From the NCBI RefSeq assembly GCF_001949145.1, contig NW_019091361.1:977452-1041451 (forward strand): DNA of 64,000 nucleotides, given 5' to 3'. This document shows positions 52,950 to 64,000 of this stretch, piece by piece. Numbering within the stretch: the stretch's first letter is position 1; each line of letters starts with the position of its first letter. The translations under genes were made by a program, and so were the position numbers. The stretch comes from Acanthaster planci (taxonomy: Eukaryota). Under the pieces are notes generated by a model, which had not been told where the DNA came from, did no database searches, and was given only the letters and a program-made list of their open reading frames with translations.

Positions 52950-55900
52950 ATGCCAAGCACCAAAGAAGTAGCGGAGTTGATCAAGAAAGACCCGACGGCT
53001 GTTGATTCCTACATGCCTCTGGTTCTTCCGGCGATACGGGACGACGAGGAAGTAAAAGAAAGGTCAGGTGACCTGAAAGATGCTGTGGCGAACAAAGTGT
53101 TTGAGGAAGTTAAATCCAAGTAAGTAGAAGTTAATTTCATTTAGTTCAGGCTGGAAAAATAAAAAAATCCTATTAATTGTGTTAATAATAATTTATGCCA
53201 TATTGACGAACACCCTCCTTGATTCGGCATACCAGCTCTTTTCGACCGATATTTCTCAGTTTTTTTCTCAAATTCTGTCCTACAGGAAAAATCATTATGA
53301 GAAACACATGCTGGATTTGTGTCAGACATGTCTGGAGAAAAGAGCGACTAAGTACTACGAACTTGCAGCAGATATGTTTAAGGAGAAGCATATTATAAAC
53401 TGGAAGGTACTTTTACATTAGAATAAGAGTCACTTTAGATAAAAAAATATATGAAACAAAAGAATATGAGCCCCTCATTTTATCTTTACTTTCCCCAAGT
53501 TAACTTGCGATAGGGATAAAGTTCAACGAACGGTATACCTTGGTTAATACGTCTTAAATTCTGTTATTTAGTTGTGAGGCAAGATTTTGTCGAAACATTG
53601 TGGCACGTGAAGTAGAACAATTACCTGCTTACATTGGGGACGAGGAATTGTGCGGCTGACTTTGCCTTTGCTGACTTTCTGACTTGGTTGACACCAAGTG
53701 GGCGATGTTCATGATACAGTGGGGGATTCAATAACCAACCCCCGAGGACTTTGATCCTCTTACTCCGAGAGTATTGCGGATGTACATGATTCACATTCTA
53801 ACATATTATTATTACCCAATCATATTATGTGCCAGTGCCTCTCAAGAAGCTCTCAAATAAGCTTTTTGGCAAAGTAGTGCGTTCTGGCCATTCATTGCAA
53901 ACTGTTCACAAAGAGCAAGGTTTCAGTTCATTACAAAGCTGGATCTTTTAAAGGAGCAGTGAGAAACACGAATCGAATTTACTTATGGAGGCCTGTGCAT
54001 AACGCAAACCATGTGCAGTTGATATTATTGTAACCTGTCGATCACCGAATATACCCTTTAAAGTTTTAACATCGGTTATGTTCCCCTCCCCCAGCAACAC
54101 GTCGCTCCAGCAGAGAAGTTGATCAAAACCTTCGAGGTTCCCGTGGCACTGGTGAGGAACAAGAGGGATGAATGGTGGGGGGACGATCGTGCGCCAAGTG
54201 ATACAGAGATGGGCGGGGCTTTGGCTAAATGCATTGAAGCCATGTTGGAGGGCTTTGAGTGAGTATCGTAGCATCACAGAAGAGTCTAAGACATTAGACC
54301 ACTAATAGATATATCTCATCTCAAATCTACAGGGGAAAAGAATTCATCAATAGGGCCTAATGTCCAAGACCAATATGGAAGTAGGACCTTTTGTTTCTGC
54401 AAACTCTCAAATGCAGCAGTCACTAAACTACGAGAGGTGATATGAGGAAATAAGTTAATGACTGGGTTTCCACTTTTAAGGCGATTTTGAGACTATGTGC
54501 AAGTTTTTTTCTGTCGTATTACAGAACCGGGGAGTAACTTTCGAAACCTGAACTACATACAGTAAAGGGAGGGGGAATTAACTCATGAATCATATTCTAG
54601 TTTACACGTATTAGTTTCATGTATATACACGAAGCTTACAAGCAATATCACTTTCCTATCTTATGCCACAATTTATATAAAAGACACATGCGCATATATA
54701 TTTCCTTCCAATAACAAATTTATTTTCATCCTGACGTGCATATCGTCCTACTAATGCACTCAGTCCCAAAGCAATGAGTTTCTTGGCCTTTTTTGTTTCC
54801 TCACAGCCGAGACAAGATTTTGAAGAAAGTAAGCAAATGCATCATTGAAGTTCTTGCGGTACTGTTCAAGTCGCCCAATGAGCTACAAATTGTTGCTGGA
54901 TATGCCTTCGTATCAGACTCATGGCACAAAATTAGCTGGGAGGTAGGAGTGACATTTTCCTATGCTGGCTGTTTTCTTTACTCTCCGGGAAATATGGCTC
55001 ATTTTTATCTTCTTGGGGCATCTAATTTTTCTGTTAACAATAAGCAATAATGGTCGTGATATAATGATCGATCCTCAACGCCGGAGAACATGCAACTGTA
55101 ACTGGGATTGTATTTCAATTCACTGGCATAGAAATGCCAACAAAATCATTCATCCGCTCGGTGAAATAAATTAGCATATTATGCAGTAATTGAAGGAATT
55201 AGGAATGCAGACGACTGGAGTATTATATCAGAAAAGTACCCGGATTTCGTTGGTTCCCGGTCGATCAAGAGCGTGGAAACTCACAGTTGTTAAACAGTGA
55301 ACAGCCCGGTCACCAGGCATATTGAAATATTTCTGTACTTTGAACATTGAATTTAGTCATAAATTGAGATTCTTAATCAGGAGGATAGACGAAAGTATCA
55401 AATCACGCAGTCCAACTTAATGTTTACTTGCATCAGCCCAATATGACTCATGATAATAATATTGTATGGCTTTTCCGAGGATACAAGACAGTGCAGGAGC
55501 TGTGACAATGTTGCACGTGTCGGAGACGAGTGCAGTATCGTCAGGCGGTGCACTTTAATTTTGCATTTCCCGAAAAAGATACCCTGCATTAATGTGTCAC
55601 ACATACGAGCATAGTGGAAGATGACTGATGATAAGTCACTAGTTCGAAATTATATAAAGAGAAGTTTCCCAAGTGTTTCAATTTATCTTCCTGGGCACCT
55701 GAGCGTTCATACACCAAGTCAATTATGAGTTACTGAGGAAAAAAGCAAGAGTTACACAGAAAGTATCTTCCCTTTGTAGGGAAGTGAAAAGATCCTTCCA
55801 GAAATGTACACAGCGATGTACGAGTGGATGACATCAGGCGATGTGGACCTAGAGAGTATATCAGATGACAAGACGAACTTCATCAGTGAGACTTTGTCAA

Positions 55901-58900
55901 ATTCCCTCTCTGGAGCTGGGTACGTTCTCGTGACCTCCGTATATAAGGGCGAAAATAATCCATAAAGCAGTCATTACGTCTACTTCATGCATTTATTTAG
56001 AAAAAAAATCATTAAATTCACAAGACAAAATTATGAAGGAATACTTTTCTCTTGATGGAAAAGTGACTATGTCACATCCTTCAAAATAATACCAGACATC
56101 TCCCCGGCGGTTAACCTCTGAAAACAGTTGACATGTTAAAAACTTTTAACATGATACATGTAAAATGACTCTTACAAACGCAACACTTTTGTTACTGTTC
56201 AAAAGCAATAACTACATTTGTGCATTTATGAATTGAATCTTGAACTAATGTCCGAGGCTATGAAAGTCTATCCACGGTACTTAGCAAAATTGATGGTTAC
56301 AATTTTACCTCTATCATCCGTAGGTCACCATCCAAATATGCAAAAGAGGTCAGTAAGATTTTTCAGTATTTACTGACACAAGAGCTGGATGGTCAACCGT
56401 GTTCAGGATATGGACTGGTAGTGCAAAACATATGCACTCAATTTGTTTCCAAGGTAAATTTGACAATAACCTTCAAACTCTACTCTTCTCGTTGATTATC
56501 CAAATTTAACTCCTTTCACTATGATTTTCAAAGATGACAATTATTTATCTGGATAGTAGATATGAGACATCCCGTGCAAGACGGACTTGAAACATCATTT
56601 TGTGTAACTAGCTAGCAATAAGTGGTTGACTCAGACACATGGGAACACAAGTTGCCCCTTTTCGTTCAGACCAAAACCTAAAACTCGGCCTTAACTAACC
56701 CTTGCTCACTCACGTTATAGCACTGCGGCAACCAGCGACTTATTAAAGACTTTGTTCCTGGAGTGATCAAGCTCCTCAAAACTGACACCGAACACCTGGT
56801 TACCATCGCTTCGAGCTGCATCACAAGCTTCTATCAGCAAGTTGATCTCCTAGCCCCTTGTGCTGACGACGTCATGGATGTCTTCCTCGCGGGAAAAAGT
56901 GATATGCTTGGCAGTAAGTTGTGTCAAAGCCCTGTCCTTCGTCGTTAATTTTGGGACCAAAGATACATCTTGTCGAGAAAACTCCTTCACATCGTGTGTT
57001 CACTGAACTTATCTTTTTTCTCTCCCTAGTGTGTCTGAAACCGTTGTATGGAGTTAGCCCAGAGAAGATCCTGAGTAGGTTTGACCAGTTGTCGGAGGCG
57101 ATAGAGGACATGAATCAAACAAACAAAACCTACATCTACATGCTTTGGGACGATGTTGCAAAGGATAATGCCAAGGTAATGCTGCTAACTTTCACTTGTA
57201 ACAAAAGGAAATCTTAGCCACGGAAGATGTGGTGCAGGTGGAGAAAAGTCAGTCAGAGTGAAGTCAATTCTTGTGTGTAATAGAGAAATGTACGATGACC
57301 AAAGCCTTTCATTGACAAGCTTGTTTTCCCTCTCACTTACTTTATTTGTTGTTCAGTCTGAATGGATGTCGACGCTTAATTCGTTAGACTTGACAAAACA
57401 GTGCGTCTGCAAAATGCACAGAAAATGTATTGAAGATGGAACCTCTTGATGTATAACGGAACAAGTAGCCAGCAAGTCTGGTCAGAGCCAATTTGGCTCG
57501 TCAGGCCGGTGTTTATTTCCGGTTTCCTTGGCATGAAACGACTGAGAATAATTATTTCTATTCCCCCTTGATGGCATTGCCGGTCCATAGCAGATTGCTT
57601 CCCAATTATACTCCTAGGTGTACAGAGGCAAGCAGGGGTGAGGTGGCTTGCAAAGGGCCACAACATACTGCCAGCAGCCGCTGGACTCAAACCTCCAACC
57701 CTATGATTGGAAAACAAGGACTTTTAACCACTTGGCCACATCCCCCTCCCAAAGCAGCCATATGGTATATACTGATAAATACTCCACATACAAATAACTG
57801 GATTTTATTCTTAACAGAACAATTTTAAAAAAAAATTAAGCCATGCCAAAGTAATTTTCAATCTCTTCTCAGATACTCGTGCCCCATGTAGACCTGATGA
57901 TGGATGACGTCACAAATGGCCAACTCTGTCATCAAGTGGTCTTGGTCTTGGGAAACATATCAGTTAAGTTCCCGGATTTATTTGTGGACAAGATCGACAA
58001 ACTGATGAGGATAGCCAAGCAAACGCCATACACCATCCACTCAATAGCTAAGGTTGTTGCCAGTGTTGGACAGATAAATGAGGTGAGTGATAGGCATGTT
58101 ATTGCATAGCACACCTGCAAGTGCTTACAGATTTGCATTTTAACTCAGGTTAGTTACAGAAAACGAATCTGAAACCGACAACGCACACTTCACACTGATA
58201 CTTGGCATTCACAGGGATTGTGCTTATCCTACTACATACATCGGTTCGCACCAGGAAATGCCGAATTTTGCCAAATGATGAGAACGACGAGCGATATATC
58301 CAGCACTCCATCTTTGACTTACACAAGGCTGTGGAACGATAGCAGTCCAATCGTGAAACACTTTGCTCTGCAGATGTGCTATTATTAGTCGTTAATAAAT
58401 AACAGGGTTGACTCTTACCACTGTAACTTGACAGTTTTGTAGTCCAGGCCATCACCATGACCAAGGGTCAACTCACAGATCTGATGTCAAGCAACAGAAG
58501 TTAAACATTGACAAAGGATTTTTTGCATGGCTCATTTGAACAATCAGGACTTGTGATGGACTCAACTTTGGGCCAACTACAACTTCATGGCTAGAACATT
58601 TGCTGCCACAGCACCGCGGAAGTGTACTCATCGTCCAAAGTCACAAAATGGCTAAAAGGAAAAGGAACAAAAGAAAACAAGAAACATCACTTTAATGTAA
58701 AAACATCGATCATTTTTGATGTGTTCATGTAGGAACAAGCTAACCGCTGCATGAAAATACTCATCGATAAGTTGAAGAGCAGTGAGGATACGTGGATCAG
58801 TACCATCTTGATGGAAATAAAGCGAATCGGTCGCAAGTACGTGGAGGTCTTGAAGAAGTACAGGGCCGATATTGAGCCGTTACTGAAGAGCCAGGCGATG

Positions 58901-61900
58901 GGCGTGCCTGATTTGGTGCAGTCCCTGATTGATTTCATGGAAGGACGCAGGTGAGATAATTTAGGTACAAGGATGGAAACTATTGAAGGTTTAAAATGGT
59001 TGAAATGGTACCAGAGCACACATTTTAAAAGCCGAACAAGCATGTCAAAAGCATGTTTTGTGAGATGGAGTACTTGGCGTCGACGTTCCGATCAAACTAA
59101 TTTTTTAGTGACCTGTTGTCCCCAGGGGCGTGCCTCTGAGATCTTGCAAAATTGTAACCGAGTCTGAAGGCGTGAGATTTTGAAACATTCACAGTCGGTA
59201 TGGAACAAAATGTGCATGAATTACATGCACGACCACTCCAAGTCATGTTCCGCAAAAAATGGAAAGGTGTAATACACAAAGGGGATACAGTTAAAAACAG
59301 ATTGGCATTAAATAGGACGATAGAATAATTGGAACTCGTTTATGATCTCGTTTATGACGAAGGAGACGAAGGACATGGCAACCCTCCTTTCTGACAATTG
59401 TACTTCCGTGCTGCAACAACAAATCGCAAATAAAGACCCAATTCATTTTAACCGCAGCTTGGAAGCACTGGCAGATGACGTGGAAGACGTGAAGGAAGAT
59501 GTGCAAGACCTGGACAATCGAGTGACTGAGACAGAGCAGAACGTCGACCGGCTGGACAAGACAGTTACTGAACAGGGCCAAGAGATTGAAAATGTCAAGA
59601 ATGAGGTGGCAGAGCAAGGTGAACGACTTGACGAGCTTGAGGAAGTGGTGGACGAAACTATCGTCAAGGTGGACGAAATCGACCATAAGGTACGTATAAA
59701 CAGACATGGTTGGTTCACCCTCACCATGTCACTTTTTGCGCTTGAAGTGAATATCGGGAGAAATTATACCCTCTAGCTCAAACTGTGGATGGCATGTAGT
59801 TGGAGTTTGACTCATGCTGCTCGTGAAGCTTTAAACGATGAAACAATGGCAAACCCCTCTGCCTCGGTAGTCTTTTTATGCGTTTTTGGTATAGTATGTT
59901 GAAGACATTTAGTCAAACTTGAACAAAAGAGGTCCAGAACACTCTCATTGCATCAAATATTTCACATAACCTCACTTCAAGCCATCGCTTAAATGGAGTT
60001 CCAATGTCATGCACACAGCTAGACCTCAGGTTAACCCCAAAATGCATGCTTCCAGTAAACAGTTTTGCCAAACCAAGACAGGAGCAGTAAACAGGAGATG
60101 CTTTGTCGAGGTGAATTGGACAGCTTGCATGCTCTGCGAGGACCTAATGAACTAAGTCCCTTCGAGAAGTTCGTGCACACGGCCTTCCTCGATCTCCAGG
60201 ACAAACTGTATAGCATTCTCTCTAACCAGACCAAACTCCTCCAAAGAATCACTGCCATTGAAAATACCATTAAAGGATTCTCCGAGCACTAGAAATGCTG
60301 TCATCCCCAGGCCAAATTGAAAACCAAATAAACTGTCCTGAAGAATGCAGGACCAGACTGAATTCTCTCTTGACTGACTGATCTAATACGTCCCTAATTC
60401 TATCCATCTAAAGACAAGGACAACGAGGAATTTTCAATGGGGGCTATGTAGTAACAGCAATTGTATAACTTAAAGTATTGAAGGTAAGCGAAAAGTATTA
60501 ACAAAATGTGCAGAAAAGAGACCTCATAAATGAAGAGCAAAGTTGTGGGGCATATATAGAGCAAACAAACTTCAGGCACTCCAGGTAGGACTCCTATACG
60601 AATCAGTAGAACTTGAAACATACATGGAACAACCAAGGTAAACTTGCGATGACTAATTACCGCTGGTTGAAAACCCATCCTGATTGCAAGTCATGTCATG
60701 ATGAATATCAAATTGAGTATGAACTTTAAATGTCAAGTTTGTGAACGTAACTTAATTGGAGGATAAATAAACTTTCAGATTGAAGATGGTACAGGCTGTC
60801 GATTATATTTTGTATACTTGTGAGTGAATAATAGACAGACCATGCTAATTATTGCAACTAAAAAAGTGACAGCGAGCTGTAACTAGTACCGGTAAGTTAT
60901 CACGACTTACGTTGAAGACCTATACACGGACATATATAATCACTTTTTACTGAACTTTGAAAGTTTTAGGCGATTGATGAGTCACGTGCTAATATATACT
61001 ATTCTCATTTAAATTAATTTAGGATAAAAGAAGTTGAACACGAAAGTATTAATATGGGTTCAATCTGGATCATTTGCCATCTTTTTTTAGAGCTTCTCAA
61101 AAATGAAGTAGAACATCAGCATAATGCAATAGCTGCCAGAATTTACAGACCAACTGAAGCGTATAGAGCAGGATGAGGGGTGAATAAAAATTCCAGTAAA
61201 TTTAATTGAACTGAATAGGGAGGTGCTACAAGTTTAATCCCAGTCAGAAGTCATGACATTTTCGAAGTTGTACCTTGTATCTGTCAGACTATCACCAATG
61301 CTCCAAAGTGGTCCCGTGATATCTCCAAACTCCTGAATGTCGAGCATGAGCATGACTGGCGCTACCTGGCCATCCGTCTGGGCTTCACCGGCGAGGATGT
61401 CCGTAATTGGGCACTGTCTCCGGACCCGACTATGGCTATCTTGGCAGAGTGGTACACAATCCATAAGAGCAGCGAGGCGACCTACGCCGTGCTGACGGCG
61501 CTGCAGGATATGGGTAGAGATGACGCAGCAACCATCGTGGAGGAAGCTTTGAAAGCTGCTGGTGAGTTACCTTTTACTTTCAGAAACATTTGTGATCAGA
61601 TTTTACCATCAACTTTGGAAGCATTCACAGGTTGGTTGCTCGGTACAGCTGCGTCACCAGGGGTTTCAGAGTGGTATGCTGGAATGGTTTGGAAATCATA
61701 AAAGCAAAATAGGGACGATTGAAATAGTTTGATAGGACGAAAATTCTAATTTACAGACAGGATCTGACGTTTTAATCTTTGGCTGGTTTTCTTTTTCGAT
61801 AACGACAACAAAAGACGCTGGCAATTTTTCCAGTGGAGTAGTACTCAGGGTACACGTCAAAACCAAAAGCGCAAATATCATTCCTAAAAATACCTATAAA

Positions 61901-63938
61901 GAATCTTTAAAATATTGGGAATGTCACTCTTTAAAACAGATTCGAAGGTTCCGAAAGCCGCCCCTGAAATGTCTGAGAAGCCTCCTCGGGTTTTCATCAG
62001 CTACCAGTGGGACCATCAGCCTGAGGTTAAGGCCATCAGGGAGCATCTGGAGAAAGCTGGGTTCAGCTGCTGGCTGGACATTGGTCAGATGGGAGGAGGA
62101 GATAGTCTTTTTGCTAAGATCAACGAGGGCATGAGGGCAGCCAAGGTGGTGTTGTGCATGTGCACCGAGAAGTACTCAAAGTCGGAGAATTGCAATAAGG
62201 AGGTATGAGCGCGTCTTCAGTTGGATAGGCTCGTTCTTGGGCACAATATGGGCATATGAAGTGCCTCATTTGAGAAACATTGGGCGGTACTTTGTTTCCA
62301 GATGTTGGTCGTTTAATTAAGTAAACCACTTGTTCACTTTTTGTACAGCTCTTCTAATAATTATGCACTTCTTGACCAGATGTTGCACTGTTTGCACAAG
62401 TATTTGGGACCTAAATGGCCATCATTTTGCAGAGTGTATTTAAGATCCAGGGGTGCCTTCTTGAATAAAATGTGTTTTTCTACCGTAAACAGGTGAACCT
62501 GGCCAACCTGCTGAACAAGCCCATCATACCCGTTCTGATTGAGAAGATAGCCTGGCCTCCAGCCGGCTCCATGAGCATGCTGTTCGCTCAGCTACTGTAC
62601 ATTCAGTTCTTCACAGACAAGGAATATGTGAGAGGAGACAAATTCTGGGAGGATGCCAAGTTTGCCGAGCTCTTGGGACAGATCAGTTATCATGTTGCTC
62701 CCGACGAGGAGATGATTACTGATGGTAAAATGACATTCACGTTTACTTCCATTCAGAATACCAATTTGGTCATCTTAAATGTTACTTTACAAAACAGATC
62801 AAACTATTTCAAATCACAATCTAACGCTAAATTTTCACACATTAGTTTCAGTATACCACGAGTTTCCAATTTAGAGACTGAAATATTACTGCAAATCTTG
62901 TACAATCTCGGGAAATATTCAAACGTTCGACTGACCAAATTTAGCCCTAAGATCACGCCATCTATACAGTTATGTTATTACCAAACACATCCATTGATTC
63001 TGATGGATTTTTACAGAACATGTACTTATGGGGATAACGTTTTTGCCTTCGATGAACAACTGAAAAAATTCTTCTGAATAATGGTAACACTTAGAATGAT
63101 GGGGAGGTTCTGATAATCACAAGGGACATTGAATTGTCATTTCAGAGTACCGCAACTGGGCACCTCAGATTGATGATCTACCAAAGGTTGTGAAGAAAGC
63201 AGACGAGAAGAAGCCGACTGGCGCCGCAGCAAAGGAAGAAAAATCAACAGAAGAGGTACATAGGCAAAGTAGAATGAGACATGCAGGGTGAGCGCGCTGC
63301 TCAGAGGCTTTGCAACAAATAGTCCCCCTTGCTCTATCCTCACGATGAAAGAATAGAAGTTGGAAACGCAAGGAAACCGATAAACTGAACAGCAACCAAT
63401 GAACCGTCCGCATGATGGAAAGTGTTGTATATGTGACATGGAATGGCAACTTACACTGAGGTATAGGCAAAAAGACCATCAAAAAATATTTATACAGCTG
63501 ATGGGACCACTGTCCTTCACATCCTTCAACTTTTCTTAAAATTCAGTTGTAGATGACTTATGAGAGAAGTTACCATAATAACCTGTATTTATAAGTATAA
63601 ACCTCGTCTTGCTAAAAGAAAAATTTCCATTGAAATGCTACACAAATAGTGGAAGTGCATCGGACAACTCGATCTCGTATTTGTGTTGTTACGTATTTGA
63701 AAGTTTCTCTTTGCTCTGCAGTTTGACAATTTTTTCAGGGTGGTTATCCTTTCCTAAACAGGGAGACGAGATCATCCCTCAGGTGTTTATTTCATACCAA
63801 TGGGACAAGCAGACGGAGATAAAGGCCTTGTACTCTAGACTGACATCGCTGGGATTTAGCTGCTGGTTGGATATAATGCAGATGGGTGGTGGTGATCCAC
63901 TGTACTCCAAAATAGACAAGGGAATTAGAAATGCCAAG
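52950..63938 (+). CDS. Multidomain protein, 3'-incomplete, more than 970 aa: helical N-terminus, Melted/VEPH1-like ARM/HEAT region, coiled coil, DEATH domain, TIR, TIR. Exons: 52950(or 52932)-53119, 53286-53406, 54095-54258, 54807-54942, 55780-55919, 56324-56453, 56721-56913, 57030-57175, 57873-58082, 58733-58950, 59458-59689, 61288-61561, 61940-62202, 62493-62724, 63146-63255, 63762-63938, then continues past the window
   Basis: 16 exons joined with GT-AG sites give one open frame with matching phases. DEATH-like segment: ISKLLN...[11 protein letters not shown]...PTMAILAEW...[20 protein letters not shown] motifs VFISYQWD...[14 protein letters not shown] occur twice. Confidence 0.88.
57490..57740 (-). 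mobile_element. tRNA-derived SINE (Deu-core-like) in an intron of the TIR gene
   Basis: The minus strand reads TGGCCAAGTGGTTAA (A box)...GGTTTGAGTCC (B box)...GCAAGCCACCTCACCCCTGCTTGCCTCTGTACACCTAGGAGTATAATTGGG. Confidence 0.6.
61288..61561 (+). other. Exon encoding the DEATH domain of the TIR gene
   Basis: Translates to [82 protein letters not shown]. This has the DW..LA..LG and L..MGR.DA signatures of Death domains. Confidence 0.85.
61940..62724 (+). other. Two exons encoding TIR domain 1 (TIR_2/SARM1-like)
   Basis: [111 protein letters not shown]. Confidence 0.9.
63762..63938 (+). other. Exon encoding the first half of TIR domain 2
   Basis: [53 protein letters not shown], followed by a GTGGGT donor. 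Clearly paralogous to TIR1. Confidence 0.88.
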
Positions 63939-64000
63939 GTGGGTATTGACTTGTCAAAGACAGGATCTGTAAAAATGCTCTTCCTCAAATGCGGAAGAGG

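Noticed and set aside
62725..63077. C-terminal half of the 201-aa ORF 62472-63077
   Set aside because: Read-through into an AT-rich intron after the donor at 62725. The coding frame resumes at 63146.
61915..63938. Bacterial TIR anti-phage system (Thoeris-like) or contamination
   Set aside because: The TIRs are split by spliceosomal GT-AG introns and are part of a long eukaryotic multi-exon gene.

Overview
Eukaryotic, intron-rich genomic DNA, AT-rich with many TACATGTA motifs, MITEs and tRNA-derived SINEs. An invertebrate deuterostome such as a sea star is my guess and is not provable from the sequence. Five protein-coding genes were reconstructed by hand from GT-AG splice sites and reading phase. 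(1) SRFBP1/Bud22-like, + strand, 7 exons, 1620-8079. (2) A complete MAP2K5/MEK5, - strand, 20 coding exons, 42501-14164, about 444 aa. (3) A secreted collagen + C1q (CTRP-like) gene nested antisense in the 12.6-kb MEK5 intron, 29106-29942. (4) An intronless rhodopsin-class GPCR, - strand, 48219-47026. (5) A gene of at least 16 exons starting at about 52950 on + and running off the window end. It encodes a Melted/VEPH1-like helical-repeat region, an acidic coiled coil, a DEATH domain and at least two tandem SARM1/TIR_2-type TIR domains, the first retaining the catalytic Glu position. Gene 5 is the most interesting object here: a candidate innate-immune or cell-death signalling NADase with an unusual architecture. 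A probable first exon of a divergent gene lies at about 332-450. All domain and family assignments come from motif recognition and recalled sequences, not from database searches.
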